64,000 nt of DNA from Mytilus californianus (lineage: Eukaryota), in assembly GCF_021869535.1 (NCBI RefSeq), contig NW_026262701.1:35340001-35404000 (forward strand), given 5' to 3'. This document shows positions 1 through 11,017 of the stretch, piece after piece; the stretch's first letter is position 1, and every line of letters begins with the position of its first letter. The notes beneath the pieces are model-generated. The model was not told the DNA's origin. It did not search any database and was given only the letters and a program-made list of their open reading frames with translations. Both the position numbers and the translations under genes were made by a program.

Positions 1-891
1 TTGAGCTTGCGATAGTCTAAACATATCCGCGTAGAACCATCTTTCTTTCTTACAAGGACTAGGGGTGATGACCATGGGCTCTCGGACGGTTCAATGATGT
101 CACTGCGCAACATGTTATCTATCTGAGAAGCTAGTTCAGATCTTTGAGCAAATGGCAATCGGCGCGGTTTTTGACGAATCGGGTCTGTATTTTGAGTATT
201 AATTTTATGCGTTACAATATCGGTACGTCCTATGTCCCACTTATCTTTGGCAAATACACTTTGATTCATCAAAAGTAAGGCTCTGAGTCTTTCTCTCTGG
301 TTTTCATTTAAATGTACACATGAGCTTGTATATAAACTAGTTAAATGTTCAGGAATATCTTCTGTTGACAATTCTTGAGAACAAACTGACTCATTAAGTA
401 TGGTTACTGCTTCACATGTCGCTGCAATTGAATTTGCATATACTTTAACAGACTTATCTGTTGCGTTCAATACTCGCATCGGAACAACAGCTGATGATGA
501 ATTAAATACTGTTTTAGCCAACAGAAGCTGATGTTTCTCCACAAATTTATCTGAAGCTATTAACATGCTACAATCTGGAGCATAACCAATATCAATAACT
601 TTCCCCGGAATAATCTGCTCGACACCCGGCGGAATAACTGTTGTTTCTGACACAGCAACCCGACAACATCGCACACCTTGTGTATTTACTACTGCACAAG
701 ATATCTGTTCTTTGTTAACAGTCATTGTATTGTTAGCCACATCAATGCAACACATATTTTGTTTCATGAAGTCAAAACCGATAATACAGTCTATATCTTC
801 ATCTATATCAGCTACCCACACATCGTGTGTGAGAAGTGTCCTTCCAATTTCAACGTTCATTTTACCTATTCCTCTCACTTTAACTGGTTTA
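1..891 (-). CDS. pol: Ty3/Gypsy pol segment (end of protease, linker, start of reverse transcriptase); continues off the left edge
   Basis: Minus frame is open from 889 to the edge and reads PVKVRGIGKMNV...THKINTQNTDPIRQKPRRLPF...IIEPSESPWSSPLVLVRKKDGSTRICLDYRKL, the classic Gypsy RT N-terminus. Confidence 0.95.
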
Positions 892-1130
892 CACTGTAAA
901 AACAGCGTTTAGATTTAAAACGCTTTTACAACATGTTTAGGTCTAAACATGTTTAGGAAAGCGTTTAGAATCTAAACAGATATGTATCTAAACACAATGT
1001 AACCTAAACATGTTTAGAATTTAAACGTGTTTCAGTTTAAAAATGCTTGATAACGTTAAGAAAGCTAAACACCAAATTACATCTAAACACTTATGAAACA
1101 CTTTCCTAAACATCTAAACACTTTTTACCG
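892..1130. repeat. Left subterminal repeat field (TCTAAAC/GTTTAGA in both orientations)
   Basis: More than ten TCTAAAC-like motifs next to the left TIR. Confidence 0.85.
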
Positions 1131-1518
1131 TTCCAGTTTTTTTTTTGTCGATGTCGAATTCCTTTAAATCCTGTCCATTCTGTGACACAATCTCGATTGA
1201 AATGATATAAAAATTATGGTGCAAATATTCCACGTTAAGTATTTAATTTTAGTTAAGTAAAAATCAGTACTCTGTTTGGTGTTTATCGATGTATCAACCC
1301 CCCTATTTGTATTGCTATAGTACAATTTATTTTATTTTTATCTTACATATGAAGGGCGTGTTTGTGTAGTATTTTAAGTAATAAAGGGAAGATACGGGTG
1401 AATATTTTCTTCCGGAGTCGTTGGACTGTCCGACTGCGTGCTGATATTAGTTAACACACAGAGTTATCTTTCGTGGTAATTTGATACCTATAGACGCCAC
1501 CCATCCCGCGAAAGACGA

Positions 1519-3516
1519 ATGAGACATACAGAGACAAACTTAACAATGGACCCTGTCGACCAAGCATGCTTATCGATCGATGATACAACAGATACACAAA
1601 ATCTCATTGAAATTTTGAAAGAAGCAAAATTTAGCTGGGCTATAATAACAGCAGTGGAAGGTAACTATAATAGTCGGATAGTTTCATGGCATCATCTTCA
1701 ATGAAACAAAAAATACACTGTATAGCATGTATAGGCCTACTTATCTAACATAAATATACACATTTAAATGTATAAATGTCGATTTGGTAAATCCTGGGTT
1801 GGGGCCCCTTTAAAATGTGTGGAGCAGCAGGAAATATCATGATTATTATTATACTGGTAAAATAATGTATATGTCTATTGTTTAATTATTATATGTATAT
1901 GTCATTTAAGAAATAGTACTCCATGATTTTTTTTTAAACAGATTGTAAAAGAATTCGAAATGATGAAACCCGACCTAAAGAAGGATGTACTCCTAGATAG
2001 ATGGACAGATGTTCTTGGCATTTTAGACAAGATGTTTGAGGGTAATGATCAGGTACATATATATTTATGTTTATACACAGCTATTTTTTTTGAAATTCAT
2101 GTCAGTCTTGATAGTGTTTGTATTAGAATACACCTTATCGCTAATCCCGCTTGACCCGAGAATCAGTCCCGCTCGAACTTTTGACGTCAATCAACAATCA
2201 CTTTTCCATTGTGGCGTCAGATATTTTCTATTATGACGTCAAAATTTTACGGGAACTTGTGTGATGTCCAGTAATGGCGGACAAATAGCGATAAGGTGTA
2301 TTGATTTGTTCTTATATTCCAAGCAAAATCTAACATTGTCTTTGGTACATTTAGTAAAGGCTAAACCAGATCTGAACAGCTTTCAGTATAAATGTATATT
2401 TTAAACAGTTTCATTTAAGGGAATCTTTGAATATCTATTGGAATTTTAACCTTACAAAAAAGATGATTTTTCAGATTTTTTTATGATACTACTAGTTATT
2501 GCAAATAAAAACAAAACCATTTCGTCATTTTACCTGTAATATTATGTATACAGGGAAAAAGGGGGAGTGGTCAGCAATAAAGCCATTATAAAGTATATTG
2601 CTTTACTGTATTCTTAAAAGACTTATTTTCATTTTTCTATATGCATTTTTTATAGGACAGTGACAATGAGGAAAACCTGAACACAGATCAGGAACTGATA
2701 AAGATTGTTGATCAAATTGAGGCAAAGATAAAATTTAGAACATCAAAGAAGGAACAGAATGATCTAATTGTGAAAGTAGATGTAAGTAAATAGATATGGA
2801 TATTATTAAGTAGCTTATGCGAAACTATTTGGTTAAATGTCACTGATGCTCTGGTATACATTGAAAATGGTTAATTCTAAAAAAAAAAATCATAAATTGC
2901 AGAATAGGTCTGACTGTTAATCTTGAATAACAAATCAAAAGTATGGAATTAGGAACATGCTTTTTACCTCCAATATATGAGTCCTTTGTTGTGGTCAGCA
3001 TTTTCTTTTTAACTTAAATTTTTTTAATTGTATTTGTATGAATTTTTTTAAGAAGCCTGCTTAATTATTATATTTTAGAGACAGTTGCATACAAATTTAA
3101 AGTTTTAAGGTAGATATTTAAATTTTATAAGCAAAATGCTTTCTTTGGAAGACTTGAAAGTTGGACTAACACTTATGTTTCATTTCAGGTTAAAAAAGTT
3201 AATCTTACTACCAAAAAGAAAAGCCCACCAAGAGCTGTAATACTTACCAATGAAGATGGTTCGATAAACAATACATATATGGTAGGGGATGGACTTCAAA
3301 TATCAGCAGGAACAGACATAAAACAGCTGTTACAACTACTTCTTGTGACATACTATGTATATGATTTGTCTTATCCTAAATGTTACCAACTTTTGGGTTT
3401 TTTTGCAAATGGCTATCCTCAAAGACAATGCCAATTTTCATAAGGGAGCAAATTACCTAAAGTTCGAAAAGGAATTCCTGCAACATGCGGTCAGCCGGGA
3501 AGAAGTTGATAATTGA
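1519..3516 (+). pseudogene. Spliced accessory-gene remnant inside the CACTA element (exons about 1546-1660, 1942-2052, 2656-2781, 3189-3516)
   Basis: Exons 1942-2052, 2656-2781 and 3189- have AG/GT borders and join in phase 0 (IVKEFEMM...GNDQ / DSDNEE...VKVD / VKKV...LLVTYYVYDLSYPKCYQLLGF); an extra T in a T7 run near 3398-3404 shifts the frame of the last exon. No transposase motif seen. Confidence 0.65.
2127..2302. mobile_element. MITE-like element with 17-bp TIR, in an intron of the CACTA cargo gene
   Basis: AATACACCTTATCGCTA at 2127 and its perfect reverse complement ending at 2302; no clear TSD. Confidence 0.75.
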
Positions 3517-4779
3517 TTACAATCGTTCTCTATTTCTGTATGTATTTCTAAATTATAGTGTCAGACTTTATGTGAGCATGCTTCACTGTGGGATACACTT
3601 TTAGCTTTTATTGATCATAAACTTCATGTATAAAATTTTTGTCACATTTTTCTCAAGAACTACAAATATATATATAGGCTTTCTAAAATTTAAGATGAAC
3701 CTTCCTGTGACCATGCTACATTGTATTTTGTGTAACGCATTTTTACAGCCAATGCTCATCATCCTGTCAATAGCTAACAGATAAATTGTTGTCTTGTCTT
3801 AGACATTTTTATGATGTTGTTTTCATTTCATTTAATTTCTTAAAGTGAAATCAATGTTGAATATTTTTGAAATAAAGTTTGCATATGTCTATGAAGAGTA
3901 ATACATGCATGTATGGGAAATCAGCCTTAAAAGAACTGTTTTTGTATATATCTGGGATAATCTTAAGTTGGCAGATTTGTTCTTCAACAATTTACCTTAA
4001 ATATATAGTACACACAAGTGTACAATAGAAATATGTATTAAGATAAAGACTTAGAAATATTGAACCAATACTTGCCAATCTTCTTCCTTAAAAAGACTTT
4101 GGGCAATTTCCTATGATTTTTAGTTCTTGTGCAAGGGCACAAGTATGAAGGTTAAAAACTGGTATTTTATATGTATATTTTATTGACACAATTAAAGTAT
4201 AAAATTGGATTTGAATTTGTGTACATTTGGTCATTTTTCCGAAAAAGTTTGGTTTTGTTTCTCAAAACATTGAAACCAATCAAATTCTTTTTATTGAATT
4301 GTATAATATAATTTATGAAAGCTTTTACAATTTTACAGACTGTCAGGATTAGGTTGTATATTTTTATTTATGATTTCTTTTGAATGCAAGAACCTATTGT
4401 TTTGTTGTTATTGTCTCTTGTACATCTTTATAGATGGGAGTATGTAGACAAATTTATTGTTTATGTATTGTATGATTGTATGTTTGAATGCATTTAGTGA
4501 GACAAATAAAATATTGGAACTATTTAAATTGATTTTATGTTGTACTAGAGAAGATGGTTTACAGCCTTTAAAAGGGCCTTTGGGAAGAATATATTATTTT
4601 ACCCTATTATTATTATGATTATTATATTAATCTCTTATATACACTTAGAGGAATGGTGGTAAAATTGATCAGAAGGACATGAAATCAGAACCAACCAATA
4701 GTGGTATACCATTTAATAGTGGTTTGTTAAACAGATTTTGTTACTTCACACTTCTGAGGTCCAAACAGGGTCAGCATAC

Positions 4780-4940
4780 AATTCTAAACATCTGACATCT
4801 AAACACTTGACAAATCTAAACATCTCACATCTAAACACTTGTTGAAATCTAAACGTGTTTAGATGCTAAACATGTTTCAAAACGTACACAGAAAAAGTGT
4901 TTAGAATTGTGTTTAGAATCTAAACACTGTTTTTACAGTG
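4780..4940. repeat. Right subterminal repeat field (TCTAAAC/GTTTAGA)
   Basis: About ten TCTAAAC-like motifs next to the right TIR. Confidence 0.85.
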
Positions 4941-4942
4941 TA

Positions 4943-6192
4943 CCGTCGGCAAGTTTCATGTTTGTATGTGTTGGACGCAACACCACTTTGTTTCCATCGG
5001 ACAGAGAATCGTATACCTTACTGTTCAAAATTGTCACATTTGCACCTGTATCTACTAAACATTGGATGTTTTTACCTTGAAATTTACCAGAAATATACAT
5101 TCCTCCATCGCCACTCGCTACACGACCGGTTCTTACTCTGTCTTTTTGTTGATAATTTGTTTTACTTTTGTCATATTTAGGACAATTTCTTCTGATATGG
5201 CCTGTATCTCCACAAGTCCAACATCCTCTTTTTCCCGGCTTGTTGTTATTGTTATTAAATCCGCTTCTCTGTTGACTCATACCGCTCTTAAGAAACTGAA
5301 ACTCACGTCGAAGTTCCTCTACCACATCAGATAGTGTTTTGATTTGACCAGACACTTCTGAACTTTCCGATATAGCAAAATTCCGAACACTTGAAGGTTT
5401 GTCCCTCTGTTTATCCGCAATATAAAAAGCCTCAAGCTCAACAGCCAACTTAACTGCATCATCTAGTGTCTTTGGGTGAGCTTGATGTATACGCAACCGT
5501 GTATCCGCGTCATCTAATGCATCAATGAAATGATCTCGGCTCAACATCTCTTGTAGTTCCAATTGAGCTTTGGGATATGCTTTACGGCTTAGTCTCTTGA
5601 TATGTTGCGCCAATTCAGGCAATTCTTGATCTCTTCTTTTACGGATATTCTTAAGCTGCACACGGAAAAGCTCTGTTCTGTTTTCGGTTCCAAATCTACT
5701 TGTTAATGCTGCACATATCGATTGATAATCTTTAAGCTTTATCGGATCAATATCGGCTAAAACACTTTGCGCATTCCCACTTAGACTTGTTGCAAGAAAC
5801 ATTGCTTTCTGATTATCCGCCCAACAATTTAATTCGGATATCATTTCAAACTGAATTTTATAATCTTCCCAAGAAACAGAACCATCATATTTAGAGGGTC
5901 GGACAACTGGCTTTTCAGATCCCATATGCTTATGTGAATTCGATCCTTGATTACGAGAAGGTTGGAACACAGATGGAATTGATGATCTTTTCGGGGTCGG
6001 AGCACTTGAAATTTCATCCTGGAGAGTTTCATACTCTTTAGTTAAACGCTGTATTTCTCTTTGGGTTTCAATCATTCTAGGCGTTGAAGCTGATAACACG
6101 GTTGAACTTAATCCTATCCCTGTATCCATTGATACTTTAGGTCTTGCACCTCCGAAATAAATTTCTCTATCAGAAGAATCATGTTTATCCAT
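4943..6192 (-). CDS. gag: Ty3/Gypsy gag plus aspartic protease (same frame as pol)
   Basis: Gag motif RPSKYDGSVSWEDYKIQFE, CCHC knuckle CWTCGDTGHIRRNC, protease LVDTGANVTI; the ORF-track stop at 4933 is created by the inserted transposon end. Confidence 0.95.
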
Positions 6193-6391
6193 TTTTATAA
6201 CAATTTAATTACAGTTGATTTATTTACGCACATGAAATATTTTATTCCATTTGCTATAATTCTCTCACACAAAATTATCTGAATATTACTATAAATCCAC
6301 AGAATATAATTTGCCAAAATACATTGTTAAATTCCAAATAGCACATCAATCCTTATAATAGAAATAAACTAATCCATGTTAATAATATCCA

Positions 6392-6405
6392 CACCGCTGC
6401 CACCA
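6392..6405 (-). promoter_or_regulatory. Primer-binding site (tRNA-Leu-like)
   Basis: Minus strand TGGTGGCAGCGGTG, 5 nt inside the LTR; complementary to ...CACCGCTGCCACCA, the 3' end I recall for eukaryotic tRNA-Leu (AAG/TAG). Confidence 0.75.
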
Positions 6406-6410
6406 AAAAT

Positions 6411-6957
6411 TGTAACGTGACCGAGGGGAGGAACGACAACGACACAGACGGACGGACATAACCATACTATGGCACGACAATGTATCCTGTGGTAATTTCC
6501 AGTAACTAAAGAATACGGTATATATTTACAAGTTTATTCACAAATGTACATTACTTCAGACTTATTGACAAATTATTAGCAACAAAGTTTAAACATATAA
6601 ACTTTAAATACAAGTCCTCCAGAATCTATACTGATTCAAGACTTCAAGGAAAATCACATCCTTCCAGTATCACAGCTGATACACAATCTGCCAGTCGCTG
6701 ACCAACTGACCTTTATCATAGAGTTTAATTACTGCATCTCTAGACAAACAAATAGGCATAACTAATTTTATTACCCTACACCCCAAGACATTGCTACTTG
6801 TCTTAATTACATCTGACAGTTCAACTTTAACTGCAGATAATAAAACTAGCCATTTGTCAAATTAGCCTTGCGTCATTAATTTTCTCTGTACACAAATAAA
6901 CAGTTATAAAGCCAATTTAACCAGAGGTCAATATTTACAAAACATTAAAATATTACA
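6411..6957 (-). mobile_element. 5' LTR of the Gypsy element (about 547 bp)
   Basis: TGTAA...TTACA termini, adjacent PBS, minus-strand AATAAA near 6532; the distal border (6957 vs 6938) cannot be confirmed without the 3' LTR. Confidence 0.7.
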
Positions 6958-7499
6958 ATACTTTGGTAAGGAAAATCCCCAATATTTCGACCAAAAACAG
7001 AATAGGAGGTGCTCATTGGCATGGTATGGTTAAGATTGTGGGAAAGTTTCAATAAATTGTAATAAGGGGTTAATAAGGATTTGCGGATGTAAATGTGTAC
7101 TATAGTGTGCAGATATGACGAAGTCTACGTCACTCCAAAGTCAACCCAAATTCATTCAGAAGTACAGAAGTACAGTAAGATTCTGTAAAAAATCACTAAA
7201 TTGTGTTAAGCGGTTCAGCAGCATTTGCAGATACAATAGCGGAGAAGAAGGACGAAGGAACAGGCAAGTGAACAGACAAGCGAATAGAAAGACGAACTCC
7301 CCAATTACCATTGACTGTCCACTTTATAAATCGGGATGGAAAAAAATGAATACATTTATTTTTCATTTTTAATTAGGGTTAGGGTGGTATTAAATATTTA
7401 TAGGTAATAAAAATGTAATATCAATAAATCACTTCGTAAATGGTTTATATATATAAAATAAATAATCCAAATGCAATTAAATTGAAACTATAGCTTTAA

Positions 7500-9965
7500 A
7501 AAAGAGGGACGAAAAAAGGAAGTCGAAAATAAAATGACAACGCCATGACAAACAATGAAAAAGATAAAAGAAAACACAAATAACAGTACACAAAACACAG
7601 ATCGAGAAACATGAACCTCACAAAAACTCGGAGACGATCTCAGGTTCTCCGAAAGGGTAAGCAGATCCTGCTCTACATGTGGCACCCGTTGTGTTGCTCA
7701 TGTAAGTACACACCCGGTGATAAGTCTAATTCCGAAGGTCACATTCGGAGAAAAGAGGACAGGACTGTGGTTAGTACGACAATTGAAACATATCCGTTAT
7801 CATCTGTGAAACAGATATTCCATAACGGTCAACCAACTCTTGCTGGCGTCCGTAAAATTTACAAAGGGATGATTTCACCTTCACCACTTGGAACTCTTGG
7901 TTCAATAGCTTCCTTGTGAGTATCAACCCTCTATCAAGGAAATCATGATAGGAAATACAATCCCTGGCATATCGTATCAACTGGGAGATATATACTCCGT
8001 ATGCAGGCGCTGGTGGAATGTTGCTACTTAGAAATGAAAAATTCACGATTTCGAAGCTGAAATCATCCCTTCTGTCGCCAAGTTTTGTTTTCAACCGACT
8101 CTTGTTAACAATTTGTAGATGTAAGTCAAGATATGAGGCTGACTCAGCTGTATCTGTTTCATCCCTTATCTCAAGGTCGATGGAATAGATGCGTAAAACA
8201 TAGTAACCAAACTTTGAATTATTTAGTGAAAGAACATCATCTTTATAGCAAAAAGTGAAGTTAAATGATAATGTTAACTTCTTATCTTGTCCATAAGAAG
8301 CTCCTGTATAAAGTCAGCCTCACATGAACCAAGGAACAAGTTGACAAGAAGAGGAGCACAGTTGGTTCCCATGGGAATGCCGATTGTTTGTTGAAAAAAA
8401 AGTCCTCCAAACGTAACAAATATGTTGTCAATCAAGAAATACAGCATCTTGATAATGTCAGTTTCAAAGAATATTTTGTTTGAATCAGAGTGATTTTTAG
8501 AAAGTATGATTTATCACTCCCTAAGACAAATACTTGTATCTAAGTTGACTATTCTTTTTTATAGAATAAAGCAGGACCAACTCTTTCAATTTGTCTTTTA
8601 GTTTGAAATGGGGAATACATGTGTATAGTATCCACATCTGATTCACACTACCTCTAGAATACGTAGTTTCACATTAACATGATTAACTTTGAAGCCCGGC
8701 TTTGATTGCTGATAAAATTGATGTTAATTATTTTGAAATAGGTTTCGCTTAGCACTTGGAAGACCCAGCAATATAACGTTGTGTGTAAGGACAATTATGT
8801 AATTTAGGTATCCAATACAGTGAAGGAAGATCCAGTTCATATCTGTCACAGAGGTAGGACAGGTGTTTTGCAACATTTTGGTCTTTAAAGATTGATGAAG
8901 CGTATGTATTCATAGACCCATTCAGTTTTTTTAATTTCACAGCCTTTATCCATTTTGAAAGAGTATCTACGTCTTCTTTTTCGCGTTTATCCCATTGCCT
9001 GGCATAATCCTCGACTGAATACACTAGTATTTTGAAGTTGCGTTTCCAATTGATGGATTTAGGCTCACGATCTTTGGATAACACATTTCGCAGAGAAGTG
9101 TTACTGACAATGTTTAGGTCACCAGTAATGACGTGACCAGTCAGAATACATATGAATAGGAATATGAAAGGGAAACTAGTACAAGTGCAATCAGGAGGAT
9201 TATACTTGAAGTCGTCAATATTGAACATGTGTTTGAAATTGAAAATTTTAGTTGCAATTGATTTGGTATAGGTATAAGAAGTGATAGGTACAGAATGGTC
9301 TTTATCACGAAGGATATTGCCCAAATTGATGACATCGAGACCTTTGTTGGCAAAGGAAAGTTTGAGAAAGGATCTTTTCGCCTTTTCATTTTTTCCAATA
9401 CGAACTGATTTGAAAAGTCTGTGACTGGCAACATCTGAGAAGATAGCTGTAAGTTTGTATTAGTTTGAATAAGGGTTTGTAACAACTGTTTCCAAACATA
9501 AATTGTACAGAGAATGAAGTTTTGAAAGGGGTCTTGAATAGAGCTACTAGTGAACGGGATGAATACCAGACGGCTTTTGTATAAATGGCAGCAGGTCATT
9601 AATAAAGACATCATGGAGAGTAGGTGGTGTATAATGACGATGATCATGACTGTGTCTGCGTCGAGAAATAGAGATGAAAATTATCATCACATTCACCGAG
9701 CCACAGGAAAGATTAAATAGAATACCTATACCATCAATTTTGTCATTGCAATCATATGAGGTCACAGTTCTCAATTCTCTAATCCAATAGTCTTCCTTTT
9801 GTCTACGGAGAGGTAATGCAAGATGAGGATTGTTAGTTTTGTGGTATATTTTTCCGATGATGCATTGCATAGAAAGGATTGAATGATCAGACTGTATTAA
9901 ACAACCGAAAATATCATTTGTAACTCCAAGGCACAAGAAACGATCAAAACGAGCATTAATCAATA
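7500..9965 (-). mobile_element. Degenerate Penelope-like element, Naiad type (GIY-YIG C-terminus, CxC linker, RT, 3' UTR)
   Basis: In transcription order: DHSILSMQ...RRQKEDYWIRELRT (endonuclease end), PPDCTC...GHVITGDL (CxC), LYWIPKLH...AGSSKC, MGTNCAPLL (RT), YISQLIRYARDC (thumb); many frameshifts. Confidence 0.85.
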
Positions 9966-10717
9966 TAATAAAAGAGTAACACAGTGGGTATCAGTAGTGG
10001 AGCAAGAACTGTTAAGCTTCCAGAATACTGAGTTTCTCTTTGACTTATGGTTTATTTTCTGTGTAGTGCTTTGTAAACTACTATTTGTTGTTTGATTTTG
10101 TTCTCTTTTGCCATGGAGTCGTTTGCTATTCTTTGACGTATGTTTGTTTGCTCATTAGTATCTCATCCTTATTATTTTTATTATCAAAAATATAATGTCG
10201 TTGTATTCATAAAGTTACTTAGTGGTTTATTATAAAGAGGGCGCCCCCGTAATATTAGTCTATTTTATGATTGAGTAATAAACATTTTTAATGGTATAAA
10301 CCCAGATTTCTCAAACTCAAATCAAGGTGTACGAAAACGTCTTTTTTTTTTCTTAAACCATTTAAAGATAAAATCGCCTTTTACCTCAGTTACTTTTTCT
10401 TCTTTTTATGCTTTCAGGATATACATTAAACAATTAAATACAACTAAAATCTTTCTACTTAAAGGGCAAATTTTCAACCTTAAATATCAAAAAATACATT
10501 GAATACTACGTCTACACATCACATTCCTTGTATGAAAACACACTAAATTACATAAAAAAAAACAATTGAATACATCAGGACCTGGTCAGATTTATATGAA
10601 ATGCTGTAACTATCAACTACATAATGGAGAAACATGTACAATCAGCAATTATTATTATCACATAACACAAAAGTTAATTTGATGAATGCTGGTATCTAAA
10701 AATTGAAAAATACTTAC

Positions 10718-11017
10718 TACTTGCGACAGCCATGATAATCCGAGTGCTCGATCCCGTTCCCAAGATGTTTGTTGAATAACAGTAGTATGACCCGGTGTCA
10801 CTTAACTGGGTATTTGAAATGGTAAGACTAGGATTGCTAACTGAAGATCCACTGTATTTTCCTCCATTTATTGCTATAGTTTCTGTATTGCCTTCTATAA
10901 CCTTCTGCCAATAGACTGAATTATGGGTTGGGTCAGCAGTGACTTCGCAGGCTAGAGTTATAGAGCTGTCAACATTGACAATGTACGCAGATGTTGGTAC
11001 AGTGACAATTGGTATAA
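10718..11017 (-). CDS. Ig exon A1 (intact, 300 bp)
   Basis: IPIVTVPTSAYIV...LACEV...YWQKV...DTGSYYC; cag acceptor, gtaagt donor. Confidence 0.9.

Larger units (their letters stand above)
892..4940 (+). mobile_element. CACTA/EnSpm (CMC)-type non-autonomous DNA transposon, 4049 bp
   Basis: 24-bp TIRs CACTGTAAAAACAG(C/T)GTTTAGATT (1 mismatch), TA on both sides (890-891, 4941-4942), dense TCTAAAC subterminal repeats at both ends; removal restores the Gypsy ORF. Confidence 0.9.

Noticed and set aside
678-912. Plus-strand ORFs of 73 and 66 aa
   Set aside because: Antisense shadows of Gypsy pol.
7488-7919. MPHVEQDLLTL / MSNTTDAT-type ORFs here and at 42697, 42713, 43921, 44004, 52164
   Set aside because: Translations of a high-copy PLE 3' UTR, not genes.
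7500-9965. Selenocysteine recoding in the Naiad copy
   Set aside because: Copy is too decayed to tell programmed TGA from random stops; no SECIS identified by eye.
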